From assembly GCF_009914755.1 (NCBI RefSeq), contig NC_060929.1: 64,000 nucleotides of DNA, one strand, 5' to 3'. The position numbers were made by a program, and so were the translations under genes. This DNA comes from the human T2T-CHM13v2.0 reference genome, Homo sapiens. Numbering within the stretch: position 1 is the stretch's first letter; each line of letters starts with the position of its first letter. Below, piece after piece: positions 41,991 through 56,133 of this stretch. The notes under the pieces are model-generated. The model did not search any database. It worked only from the letters and a program-made list of their open reading frames with translations, and was not told where the DNA came from.

Positions 41991-43117
41991 CACTGATCTG
42001 CTTCATGGTGATTCATGGTTATCTTCCCATTCACACTCTGCCACAAATTTAAATAGACATACAAATACAGCAAGAACCTTACATTAGACTGATAAGAAGC
42101 CTAGAGGAAACAATGCTCTTGAGAAAACTGAACTGCTAATGAGCCAACTGTGAATAAACAGTTTTTAAAAGAAACTAGAATTTCTTTTTTTAGTATCTTT
42201 CTCAATCTGGTATCTTTCACAACCATTAAATAAATTTTCAAAAACAACAAACATCAGATATAATGAGGCCAAATGTTTGCCTTCTAAGCTGTAGCTGCAA
42301 CTGTACACGTTTATCCTTGAGAGACTAAACTTATTCTAGCCAACAAGGATGAGAAATTCTCAAAATGTTAAGAGACCCCTGCAAATACCTACACTGTGTA
42401 GCACCTTTGAACTGTCCCCTACTGCATACCCATTGAGACATTGTATTGACTGGCCAGAGAGCCCCTGATGACCAGACCGCACCATTTACTTAAATGTATG
42501 TAGTTCTACACAGGTGTAATATAAATTCAGTTCTGGAGTGTAAATATTCTTATTGCACTCCATACAAGGCAGTAATTTTCACTCAGAAATACTGACAAAC
42601 CAATGTGAATGCAGTAGAGGCATCTGTTATAGTCGCTGCTTAATGAGCTAGCAGTAAACATTATGAGCTTGCCAAGACACTGATCACAGCCTGTGTTGCA
42701 ACACAGACACTCATTCATATGTGCACATGCATCCATATAATATATATGGATATATACATATATATTCTGATTTGCATATATATATATATATATTCTGATT
42801 TGCATTTTTGGAGGCAGTGACTGTTCAATTTATCTCTTTTTTAAAGTAGTTACTAGAAAGCCTAACTCATATAATAATAAATGCTAAATTAAACAAATGT
42901 CAATAAGGAAAAACAATCTTTACACTAAAAAAAAAAAAGATCTCATATACACCTGAATTTTAATCATTCAAAAATGCACAATCTTCTCTTTCAGCCCTTT
43001 CCTATTCTGAATGAATCCATAAACTTCACAAGAAATTATCATTTGGTCTTAGAACAAAATTCAGTGAGTCAGATTTGGCTTGTAAAGAAATGGATAATTT
43101 CTTACAATTATGTAGAA

Positions 43118-43534
43118 TGTTATTATATTTCTTGCATTGCTATGAAGAAATACCTGAGACTGAGGAATTTATTTAAAAAGATAAAATAAAACAGGTTTAA
43201 TTGGCTCACTTTTCTCCAGGCCGTACAGGAAACATAGGGGCTCTTCTTCCAGTGAGGCCTGAGGAAACTTGCATTCATGGAGGAAGGCCAAAGTGAAGCA
43301 GGCTGGACCAGGAGGAAGAAAGAGGCAGAAAGGAGGTGCTACACACTTTTGAACAACCAGATCTCGTGAGAATTCACTCACCATCAAGAGAACAGCACCA
43401 AGGGGTTGGCGCTAAACCAGTCATGAAGGATCCACCCCCATGATCCAATCACCTCCTGCCGGGTCTCACCTCCAACACTGAGAATTACAATTGAACATGA
43501 GATTTGATTGGAGACGAAGGTCCAAACCACATCC
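43118..43534 (-). mobile_element. MSTA-like MaLR solo LTR
   Basis: cttgcattgctatgaagaaatacctgagactg...aacaaccagatctcgtgagaa...ccccatgatccaatcacctcc...tccaaaccacatc. Confidence 0.9.
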
Positions 43535-45634
43535 AAACCAACAGCCAGTTATCATACCTGTGTACCTTAAGATAAATTATCTAAATGTATATGTTTCTGT
43601 TTTTTTTTTTTTAAGGAATTTTAAAATAATACAACTTTGGTGTAAGATTAAGGGGAGTAAAATATGTTAGCACTAGCATATCTTACTCTACCAGTAAATA
43701 TTAGCTGTTATTATTATTATGTTTGTTAGCTAATGGAATCTCATGATGACCTTTGAGATAGCTGAGAATTACTTTAATTTTAAATATAACAAATATACTA
43801 AAAAAGTCCAACTTAATTACTAAAATTCTTACCTGTAGTAAATGGAAGATCCATGGTTTGTTAACAAGTATAGTCTTGTAAGACCGAAACTGGTTTAGGA
43901 GTTGATTGTTTTTGATACTTGACCCTTAGCCAATTACATTTTGGCCATTATTTTGTATTTTTAAAGAGATTATATTTAATTTGGCATTTCCCAGGTTGTC
44001 TTCCTCTGGAATATAGTTTGTGTGCATTTTTCTTTCTTAATAAATACAAAGGATTCGAAATTTACAGTTTACACTAAAACAGACAAATGGCTTGGGTGTC
44101 ATTTTTGATCTCATAACAAGAACAAAAATCAGAGCAAACTCAAAATCAACAATTCATCTTCCATCCATCAGAAGATTGATATCATAGGGCAAACTTCAGC
44201 TTAGAAAACTGAAGAGGCAGTAGAACATGTTGAATACTTTTTATGGAGTAGAAGCTGCCAGGGTAAGTCACTGCTAGGAACACTTAAAGGTTAATTGCTA
44301 AATTGCTGGAACCTGGTTGTCAGCTAATCACAGAGGTAAAATCTGTTAAGGACCCAATCCTAGGTATCCCTGACACTATCATGAGATTTACCTGGAGAAG
44401 TCTCACTATATTTTCATGATAAAGATTGAATTGTGCTTAGGTCAGTGAGAGAAGAAAAGTAACCATTTTAAAATATAGGCATAGCTTTCTGTTTATCATA
44501 ACAAAGGCTTGCCTTGAAGGAAAGCAACTTTACCAGAATCTTATCCAATCTAGGGAAAAAGGAATAAAACAAATAGAGTTTCATCTAGATTTCTTGTATT
44601 TCCCAAGCAAGTGAAGAAGAAGGAAAAAAAAAAAAAAGTTAGGAAGCTTTTCTGAAGGCCACAACTAAAGACACTGGCTCACCAAAAACAGACAAGAGTA
44701 TAATGATAATAGTAATGACAAGATTATACATTACTTCCTTCCTAAATACCTTATCATCACATCAACAGGGTTTCAATATAATAGCAATGGTTTACAATGG
44801 AAAAAGACTGCAAGTCATAGGTTCTGGTGAAGATGGAGTTTCTAGGGAAATCCAAAGTTCAGACAAAATAAGAATGCCAGAGAAAATTGAAATCTCTGCC
44901 ACCTATAGTTCCAGCAAACATTAAACATAGCCTACCTTCAGACAGATAAGCAGAAATCCTCACACTAGTGGCTAACTTACCTAAGTATTAGGTGATACAT
45001 CGTATCTGAATTTCCACAACAACAACAACAAAATGGCTTGCTAAAAGGCAAGAAAAACAAAATCACATTCCAAGAATGTAAAGTAAGCATCAAAACTAGA
45101 GTTGGTCAAATATGGCAGAGATAAAAACGGATGGGAAGTGTAAAAAGGGAGATGGAAACTCTATGAAAGAATGTAAAAATGATAGACGTTTTTAAAACAC
45201 TGTAACATAAATTAAAATGCGTTAATTGGCTAATTAGTAGAGTATATGGCTACTAAGAAAATAATCAAAGAACTTGAGGACATGTCAATGAAAACTTTTC
45301 AAACTGAAAACCAAAAAGAAAACAAACAAACAACAAAACCCAGAATACCCAAGAACTGTGGATCAACTAATAAAGATGTAACATGCATGTAATGGGAGTA
45401 CCAGAATGAGAAGAAAGAGAAAAAGGTGCAGAATTTATATTTTAAATAATAATTGATGAGGGTTTTGAAAAATTAGGAATATAAAAAATTACTACAGAAC
45501 CAGGGAGCTGAGAGAACACCAAGAAGGATAAATATCAAAAAATGTACAACTAGGAATATCGTATTCAAACTGTAGAGAACCAAAGATGAACACAAAATCT
45601 AGACAGAACCCAGGTAGGCAGAAAATACCGTAGA

Positions 45635-47625
45635 TGAATTTTGAAAGCAGCAAGGAAAAAGTAACTTATCACATACGAGGGAGCCTCTATAAGAACTATT
45701 AGACAGAAAAGAATGAACAAATTAACAATATCAAATTTTTAACTATCAATATTTTCTTTAAACATAAATGGATTAAAATATCCAAACAAATAAATAACAA
45801 AATTAAAACTAGAAAATCCACATATAAATGGAAAGTAAACAACACACTTATGGACAAACAATAAATCAAAGAAACCAAAAGATGACTTATAAACTATCTT
45901 GAGACAAACTAAAACAAACATACCAAAACTTATGTTATGCAGCAAAAGCAGTACTAAGAGAGAAGTTGATAGCAATTAACACATATATTTTTTAAAAAGG
46001 GAAGATCTCAATTAAACATTGTTTAGTTAAACATTGTTTAATTGAGCAATTTCTATTGGTGTCCCACAAATTTGTTAGGCTTTCTTTGCTCATCTTTATT
46101 CTTTTATTCTTTTTGTTCCTTTGGATAATTTCAAATTTTCTGTCTTCAATTGTGCTTTTTATTTATTTATTTATTTATTTCAGCTTTTATCAAATCTGGT
46201 GTTGAATCCCCCTAGTGAACTTTTCATTTTGGTTATTGTATGACTCAACTCTAATGTTGAAGATCTGTGCTCTAGGAAGCAGAAAAAGAATACGGCAAGC
46301 CCAGAACTAGACAAAGGAAGAAAATAACAAAATCTATATATAAAATTAAATTACGGAAACAGAGAATACTCAAATAAAATTCCTAGACAAAGGAAGAAAA
46401 TAAGAAAATCTCTATATAAAGCTAAATTAGGAAAACAGAGAATACTCAAATAAAATCAGAAATAAAAGAGGAGGCATTACAACTGATGTCATAGATATAA
46501 AAGCCTGCTTCATAAGAACAACTATGCACCAACAAATTAGATAACTTAGGAGAACACAGTGAAAAATCTTCATGGCATTTGTCTTGGTGATAATTTTTTG
46601 ACTATGACACCAAAAGTACAAGTAAGAAAAGCAAAAATATACAAATGAGACTACATCAAATTAAATAAGCTTTGCACATCAAAGAAAATAGTCAAGAGAG
46701 TTAACAGACAACCTATGGAATAAGGAAAAAAAATTCCTGTACATCTATATCTTATATGGGGTTAATATTCAAAATATACAAGTAAATCCTACTACTTAAG
46801 AGAAAAAAAATCAAAAACAAAAAAAACCCTAATTTTAAAATGAGCAAAAGATGCAAATAGACATTTCTATGAAGAAAATGCCAAAATAGCTAATAAGTAT
46901 ATGAAAATATCTTCAACATCACTAATCTCCAGGGAAATGCATTGAGATATCCTCAAAATGATATATCCTCACATCTGTTAGGATGGCTACTATTTTTAAA
47001 AAATTTAAGTGCTGGCAAGGATATAGAGAAAATAAAACTTCTGTATACTATTGGAGGGAATATAAAATGGTGCATTCACTATGATAAACAGTATGGAGAG
47101 TCCTTAAAGTATTAAAATTAAGACTGCTATGTGAAATAGCATTCTCATTTATGATTATATGTTTGAAATATTGTTAGGATCTCAAAATTAACATTCCCAT
47201 GTTTGTGAAATCATTGTCACTATAGCCAAGATATAGAAACAATGGACAACATATTAATGGACAAAGAAACATGTTAATGGACAAAGAAAATATGACAAAT
47301 ATACAATACATTATTATTCAGCATTTAAAAAAGACAATCCTGCCTTATGTAACAACATGGTAGGATTTTATTATGTGAAATTTGACATTCACAGAAGGAC
47401 AAATACTTCATGATTCTACTTGTATAAGGATCTAATCAGACTCACAGAAAGTGAATATTGAATGGTAATTGCCAGAAGATAAGGAGAGGGAGAAATGGAG
47501 AGTTGCTCTTCAATGAGTGTAAACTTTCAGTCATAGAAAAATGAATTTAGTTCTAGAGGTCTCTTGTAAATATTGTGTTTATATTTAACCATACTGTACT
47601 GTGCAGTTAAAAATGTGTTATAAGA
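45635..47625 (+). mobile_element. Rearranged L1MA10/L1MB-type element (deleted; contains an inverted ORF1 piece at about 46050-46253)
   Basis: ORF1 and ORF2 fragments joined across deletions. The 3'UTR has ggagaaatggagagttgctcttcaatgag...gttctagag. Confidence 0.65.
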
Positions 47626-47644
47626 ATATGTTTTAACTTCTCTT

Positions 47645-47875
47645 GAGAAAAAATCTATAGTTAATAACAATGTACTGTAGTCTTCAAATTTTTAAGAGTA
47701 GGTTTTAAGCATCTTTAGGACACACGACAAAAAAGGTAAATGTTTAGTAACATATATATTAATTAGCTAGATTTAGCCACTCTACAATTATTTATATTTA
47801 ATATTTCGAAACAACATGTTGTACATATAAAATATCCATTTTTATCTGTCTATTTTTGAAACATTAATTTAAAAA
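47645..47875 (+). mobile_element. L1MA4/5-type 3' end
   Basis: ctatagttaataacaatgtactgta...aattagctagatttagccactctacaat...acaacatgttgtaca. Confidence 0.7.
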
Positions 47876-48286
47876 ACCCTCAGATCTACATAAAGAAAAA
47901 ATGATAGAGTAGGTTTAAATGAAGATAAAATTATTTATTTTCTTATTCTTTATTGATCTAATAGGTAACTGTTCAAAGTAATAATTACAACAATGCATTA
48001 ATTATCTTTTACAGAAATTAAAAGGAATGACAGTGGTATTAGAAGTGATAGGAGAGAGGAATTAAAAATATTGTAAATTACCTGAACTACCTCTGAAAAA
48101 CCTTCATTTTATTAAAATGGATTTAGATTAGTTGTTAATGTATTTAGTGTAGGGCCACCACTAAAAAACAAATAAATAAATAAAATCATTTAAAATGCTG
48201 AATTAAAACCAAAAAAAGCAGAAAATAATAATAACAACAACACCCAATTCCAATGAATAAGAAACAATTAACAATGTGTTAAATAT

Positions 48287-49501
48287 TAGTATGAGTTGAA
48301 TGTATTCTCCAAAAGATATGTTGAAGTTGTAATCCCCAGTACCTGTGAATGTTACCTTATTTAGAAATAGCATCTGCAGGTATGAATAAGCAACTTAGTA
48401 CAGGGTATTAAGATGGACCCTAACCTAATAAGATTTATATCCTTATAGGAAGAGAGAAATTTGGACAGAGACAGAGAATAGAATATCATGTTGATAGAAA
48501 CAGAGAGAAGATGAGCATATGAAGATAAAGGAAGATTATAGTTACACTGTTACAAACCAAGGGGAACACTTGAGGCTTACAATAGCTAAAGGAAACAAGG
48601 AAGCATCCTGCCCTACATGAATTAGTGGGGACACAGTGCTGCCAACACCTTAGTTCCAGAATTGTGAGACAATAAATATTCATATTTCTAAGCCACACAG
48701 TTTGTGTGCACTTTGATCCTGCACACCTAGAAAATGAATATGGGTTTTTGATACTGGTAAGTGGATTGCTGCTGCAACAAATAGCTAAAATTCTGTAATT
48801 GGCTGTAGGATTGGGTCATGGATAGAAGCTGGAAAAAATTTGAGGCACACATTAGAAAAATATTACATTTAGGCAGACACTATAGGTAGAATTACGGATG
48901 TTAAACTTGATTCTGGTTAGGGTTCAAAAAACTGAGGAGCACTGCAGAGAAAACTTCCAGTCATAGAGAATACATAGATTGTTGTGACAGAATGTTGCTA
49001 GAAATATGAACATTATGGATCTTCTGGTGAGGTCTGAGGCAGAAACATGCAATTGGAAATTGGAGGGAAAGTGATCCTTGTTAAGAAATGCCACAGAACT
49101 TGGCTGAATTGTGTTTTTAAGTTGGGTGGAAAATAGAAATAGTAAGTAATGAAGTTGGATGTTCAATTCAGGATATTTCTAGGCAAAGTGTTGAGGACAT
49201 GGCCTGGTTTCTCTTGGCTCCTTATAGCAAAATGTGAGGGAAAGAGTGAATAAGTAAGCAAAAAAGAAACAGCACTTGTTAATTTAGAAAAATCCAGATA
49301 ATCTGCTTTGGAAACGAGGCCAAGGGTGTGGCTGGATAACCATTAGCTAAAGACATTACGTATATGACCCTTGGAGCCAATCAACCATCTCAGCAAAGTC
49401 AGAAATAGAGATGGAGTTACCAAAAATTGTGATAGAATAAATTTGTTTTAAACCACCTAGTATGTGGTAATTTGTTATGGCAGCCCTAGGAAGTGACTAC
49501 A
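48287..49501 (+). mobile_element. MLT1C-like MaLR: LTR, partial internal sequence and end of the second LTR
   Basis: LTR 48287-48742 (aaaagatatgttgaagt...cccagtacctgtgaatg). Internal part starts ggtttttgatactggtaagtgg. The 3' LTR end reads tttgttatggcagccctaggaagtgactaca. Confidence 0.85.
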
Positions 49502-52500
49502 GTATATTAACCAACAATAGAAACGGAAGGAACATTTTCTACTTTATTCTATGAGGCCAGCTCTACCATAATACAAAACTAGATGAAGACTTAACAAGGA
49601 AAGCAAACTACAAAATGATAATTCTCATAAACATAGACCCAAAAATTCTAAATAAAATATTTGCAAAAAATTCCAAAATTGTATGAATAGAATAATACAC
49701 CATGACCAACTGACATTTATTCCAGGGAAGCAAGGAAGGCTTCACATTCCACAACAACAACAAAAAAATCAATATAATTTATCATGTCAATTGTCTTGAA
49801 AGGAAAACCATATAATCACATCAATTGATGAGGAAGTATTTGACAAAATCCAGTACCAATCTGTAATTAAAACTCTTAGCAAACTAAGAATAAAGAGAAA
49901 TCCTCTCCCTTGATAAAGAATGTCTATAAACACCTAGGGTTAACACAACTGTTAGTGTTGAGAGAATAGATGTTTTTCCTTAAGATCAAAAACAAGCCAA
50001 GAATGTTCTCTCTCACCATTCCTATTTGCCATTTTATTGTAAGTACCAGCTAGTGCAATGGGACCAAAAATAAACAAACAAACAAACAAAGAATACAGGT
50101 CAAAATATAAATAAACAAAACGGCCTTATTTTCAGAGATAGCAATTGTCTATGTAGAAACCTCAAATAATCTATCAAAAGTCTCTTGGGTTTTAGTTAAA
50201 GATGGCTGACTAGAAGCAGTTACTAGGTGCATCTCTCACAAAGGGAAATCAAAATAGCAAGTAAATATAACACTTTGAGTGGATTTTCTAAGACAGCATG
50301 CTGGAATTCAGGAATCACGGAAGGTAGAGGAGAGTGAAGCAGACAGCCTGCTGAGCTAGGACCAGCATGAAGCTGGGAGAGGTTCCCTAATGCAGGGAAA
50401 GGGTGAGTAAATGAGATTCCTGGGGTTCCATAATTCCACCATGGACCGTATGATCCTAACCACAGGAGAACTACATGGACAGCTCCCCCAGCTCACACCC
50501 CTAGACCTCCAGAGTAACAGCAGGAGTTGTTCAGAGACTGCACTGCTCAATGCCTGGAATCTCACAGGATTTTGGTACCTGAGTAGCCCAGTTCCAGCTA
50601 CCACCACACAGCTAATAAAATAGCTAAGAGGCCAGGCACTTTCACATACTCCAAAGACATAGCTGTGGAAATGAAGGAATGGGAAGACTATGTACTGCAT
50701 GACTACTTCCCTCTTCTGCTTCCTGCTAAACAAGGTATGTCTTCAGCATCCCACCACCACCCCACTACAGGTGACGTGTAGCCACCACACTGCAACGTGA
50801 GCACTTCACTGAAACTGAGAATTCTTCTGAACAGCCAGCCCACGGAGACCGGCAATCTGCCTTTCAGCTGCTCAGCAGTTGCCACCGCCACCATCTGCTC
50901 CTGCCATTCTGGGCCAGGAAGACAGTGAGCAAAAATGGCACCTTCGCAAACCCCCAACATTGAAATCCATGACCACTTCCATGGGAGGAAAGTGCAAGCG
51001 GGTCATGTGGCCCACAGCTGTCAGCCTCCCCTGCTCCAGTTGCGGGTGACCTGCCTTCCCCACTGAGAGACCATAAGCATAGCTACCTTGCTCATGCCTG
51101 ACAATTTCATTTGCGGCACAGAGCCCTGCTGAGAATTCAGCCATCATAGGCCTATGATCCGCCCTTAAGCGCACACCACCTTAATATTCTGCCTACTCCC
51201 ATGTGAAGGTTCTACCAGTGACCTGTGGAATGACCTACTTTATCCTACCACAGCCAGCACCTGAATCCTAAGATCTCAAGACCAAATCTGCTGACCTGCT
51301 CATAGTCTAGTCCCTTCAGGACTCATACATGCCATCCAGTGGGCCATCCAGGGACCTACAGATTCGGAAATTGCCTAGCTCAGTTCAATACTGCTGACAC
51401 ATGATGACCCTCCCCAGGGTCTCAGATTGGGGTGACCCAACCAACTGACACAACCACACTGACGTCCATTTGCATTTGTTAAAAGTCACAGCTCTTTCTC
51501 CATCTACATAAAGCAGCAACATAACCACATCAGAAAACAGTCAAACAATAAAGCTGCCCACATTTGGCTGAAAGGAGAGCATCCACCTTAAAACAAATCC
51601 AGTGGAGAGCTGTGAGATACATTTTCTGTGTCTCTCAGCTACATTGTGGCCTGGAGGTAGACATAAGTGTGCACCTGAACTGAGAGTCACGAGCCCCAAA
51701 AGAGGGAGGTAATACAAAAACGGATCATATTCCTGATTGTCTAGGATATGGAGCATGGAGCTGGGCATGAAACACCCTCAGCCTCTGCAGAAATATCAGA
51801 GTATTTCGACAGAAGATCCCCCAGCCACTCCCATCAAGCATCAGGGCTGGTGCCTATGCTCATCATTGGATACTAGCCAGGTGGTCTAGCTCTGCCCAGC
51901 TTTGTATGCCCAACCCCCCACCATGGAACAGGAAGCTAAGGGCACTGGGCATTTCACTGTCCAGTCCATCACCCTAAACAAAAGAGGGCACCTCTCAGTA
52001 AACAGAAATCAAGTACATACCCATCTGCTTTTGCTGCAGCTGGCTCTTACCCATGAATTCCATCTACTGGTTTACAGCTTAAAATACACAAACCAATATA
52101 AAACCTGCTGACAGAATTCCACAGAGTTTAGAATGAAAGCTAAACAGTGCCACCTATCACGTTCTACAGTCATATCTTCAAAAGGCAGAGATTGGGGAGG
52201 GTCCCATCAAAACAAAAGTAAATTCAGGAATAAGAAGTGTCAGTTTCTTCAGATGAGAAAGAATCAGTGTAAGAATTTTGGCACAATAAAAAATCAAGAT
52301 GTTGCGACAGCCACAAAGGATCTCATGAGTTCTCTAGTAATGAACCCTAACCAAAATGAAAATTCAGAAATGACAGATAAAGAATTCAGAGTGTGTTTTG
52401 TAAGGAAGCTCAATGAAGTCAAAAAAACCGTTGAAAACCAATGCAATGAAATCTGAAAAGCAATGCTAGCAATGAAAGAAGAGATAGATAAAAAGCAAAT

Positions 52501-52744
52501 AGAATTTCTGGAAATTAAAAAAAAAACACTGAATAAATTTAAAAGTATAGTTGAAAGCTTTAACAATAGAACAGAGTGAGCACAAATTAAAAAAAAAAGA
52601 TAATTTCAGAGCTTGAAGACAGGTCTTTCAAATTAACAAATTAACCCACTAAGAATAAAGAGTTTAAAAAAAAAAAGAAACAAAGTATTTGACAAATATG
52701 GGATTATGTAAAGTAACCAAACTTACAACTTATAGGCATTTCTT

Positions 52745-53036
52745 TTTTTTTTTTTTTTTTGAGATGGAGTCTCGCTTTGTCGTCCAGGCGCCATCTCAGC
52801 TCACTGTAAGCTCCGCCTCCTGGGTTCACGCCATTCTCCTGCCTCAGCCTCCCAAGTAGCTGGGACTACAGGCTCCCGCCACCATGCCTGGCTAATTTTT
52901 TTTTTCTTTGTATTTTTAGTAGAGACAGGTTTTCACCGTGTTAGCCAGGATGATCTCAATCTCCTGACCTCGTGATCTTCTCACCTTGACCTCCCAAAGT
53001 GCTGGGATTACAGGCTTGAGCCACCGTTCCCGGTCC
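52745..53036 (-). mobile_element. AluY-like, inserted in L1PB ORF1
   Basis: AluY-type motifs (aagctccgcc, gttcacgccattc, accgtgttagccaggatg, gacctcgtgatc). TSD ttata(g/c)gcatttctt (52730-52744 / 53037-53051). Confidence 0.95.
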
Positions 53037-54673
53037 TTATACGCATTTCTTAGGGAGAATATAAAAAAAATGAGAAATTTGGAAAACATATTTGAAAGAA
53101 TAATTCAGGAAAATTTTCCTGACCTTACTAAAAATGTAGGCATTCACATACAAGGAATTCAGAGAACACCTGGAAGATACTATACAAGACAAACATTATC
53201 AAGGCATACAGTCATCAGAATATCCAATGTCAACGTGAAAGAAAAAATTCTTAAAAGCAGCTAGACAGAAGCATCAAATCACCTATAAAGAAAATCCCAG
53301 CAGGCTAACAGTGGATTTCTGAGCAGAAATCTTAAAAGACAGAAGAGATTGGGGTGCTATTTTTAGCCTCTTTAAAGAAAAAAAAATGGAAGTCATGAAT
53401 TTTATATCTTACCAAACTTGACTTCATAAATGAAGGAGAAATAGTATTTCACAGACAAATAAACAGTAAGGGAAATTGTCTTCACTAGACCAAACCTACA
53501 AGAAATGCTCAAAGAATTTCTAAATATGAAAGCAGTAGGATTGTACTATTCATTATAAAAGCTCACAGATCTTATAAAGCAATTATATGATTGAAACTCC
53601 ATGGCAACTAACAATACTGTGATTGGAATAAAATCTCACACAGTAATATTAACCTTGAATATAAATGGTCTAATGTTTTTTATTAAAAGATACAAAGTGG
53701 CAAATTGGATTTAAAAAAAAAAAGACCCACCCATCTGCTGCCTGTAAAGACCAACCTAATAGCTAAAGATACATATAGAAGTAAAGGGGTGGAAAGAGAT
53801 ATAACATGAAAATGGAAAACAAAGTATGCAAGAGTAGCCATTCTTATATGAGATTAAAAAAAAAAACTTTAAACCAACAACAGTAAAAAGAGAAAAAGAA
53901 GGCCATCATATAATGCTAGAGGTTTTAATACAACAAGAATATTTAAGAACATGTTACTATCCTAAATGTATAGGCACCCAACAACATAGCACCCAGATTC
54001 ATAAGACTACTGGATATATGAAAACAAATTGACAGCAATGCAATAATAATAGGCACTTCAACACCCCACTTATAACATTAGACAGATCATTAAGGAAGAT
54101 AATCAATAAAGAAACTCTGGAATTAAACTGGTCTCTAGACCAAATGGACCTAATAGATATTTACGAATACTACAGACAACAACTGCAGAATATACATTTT
54201 TATTATATGTGCATGCAACATTGTCCAAAACAGACCACATGCATGGTCATGAAGCAAGTCTCAATAAATTCAAAAAAGCAAAATTGTACAAAGTATTGTT
54301 TCAAGCCACAGTGGAATAAAATAAAAAATAAATACAAAGAGGAATTTTCAAACTATACGAGTAAATGGAAACTAAATAATTTGCTATGGAATGACTTTTG
54401 GGTAAACAATAAAATTAAGGCAGAAATTTTTTTGTGTTGAATGAACAAAAATAAAAACACAATATACCAAAACTTCTGGGACACAGCAAAAGCAGTGCTA
54501 AGAGAAAAGATTGTAGCATTAAATGCCTAAGTCAAAAAAATAGAATGGTCTCAAATTTAATAACCTGATGTCCTACCTCAAGAAAACAGAAAAATAAGAA
54601 AAAAACAAACCCAAAGCTAAAAAAAGAAAATAAATAACAGGGATCAGAGAGGAACTGAATAAGATTGAGACCC

Positions 54674-54703
<30 letters not shown>
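54674..54703. repeat. (TAA)n microsatellite within L1PB
   Basis: About 10 perfect TAA units. Confidence 0.9.
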
Positions 54704-54704
<1 letters not shown>

Positions 54705-55783
54705 GTTGGTTCTATGTAAGGATAAACAAAATTGATAGACAACTCACTAGGTCAACCAAGAAAAAAAGAGAGAAGATTCCAACAAGCACAATCAGAAATG
54801 ATAAAGGTGACATTACAGCTGACACCACAAAAATACAAATGATTATCAGAAACTGGTATGAACAGACTAGAAAATCTAGAGGAAACAGATAAATTCCTGG
54901 AAACATAATACCTCCCAATATTAAAGCAGGAAGAAATACAAATACTGAACAGACCAAGAATAAGTAATAAAATTAAATCAGTTATAAAAAAATCTTCCAA
55001 CAACAACAAAAAAGCCCCAGAACAGACAGATTCACAGGTGAATTTTTTCAGACATACAAAGAAGAGCTAGTGCCAATCTTAATGAATCTATTTCAAAATA
55101 TTGAGGAGTTAGGTTTCCTCCATAACTTATTCTGTGACACCAATATCACCCTGAAATCAAAATCAAGTAAGGAGGCACAACATTGAAAACAATAGTCCAA
55201 TATCCCTGGTGAACATTGGTGCAAAATTCCTCAACAAAATACTAGCAAACCAAATCCAATAGCATTTCAAAAAGATAATTTCTCACAATCAAGAGGGTTT
55301 TATTCTAGGATGTAAGGATGGTTCAACCTATGCAAATCAATACATTTGATTTACCAGAAAAACAGAATTAAAAGCAAACAAACAAAATGATCACTTCAAT
55401 AGATACAAAAAAAAACATTTGATAAAATTTAACATTCCTTTGTAATAAAAACCCTCAAAAACTAGGCATTGAAAGAACATACCTGGAAATAATAAGAACC
55501 ATCTATGACAAACCCACAGTCAACATCATACTGAATGGGGAGACGTTTAAAACATTCCCCTTAAGAACGTGAATAAGACAAGGATGTCTACTCTTATCAC
55601 TCCTATTCAACATAGTACTGGCGACAGCAAACAGGTGAGAGAAGGAAATAAAATGCATCCAAATTGGAAAAGATGAAGCCAAACTATCTCTGTTCTCTGA
55701 TACCATGATTATATACCTGATAATGAAAACCATAGTTATAGAAAACCACATAGACTGTTCTAAAACACACCTAGACATAATAA

Positions 55784-56133
<350 letters not shown>

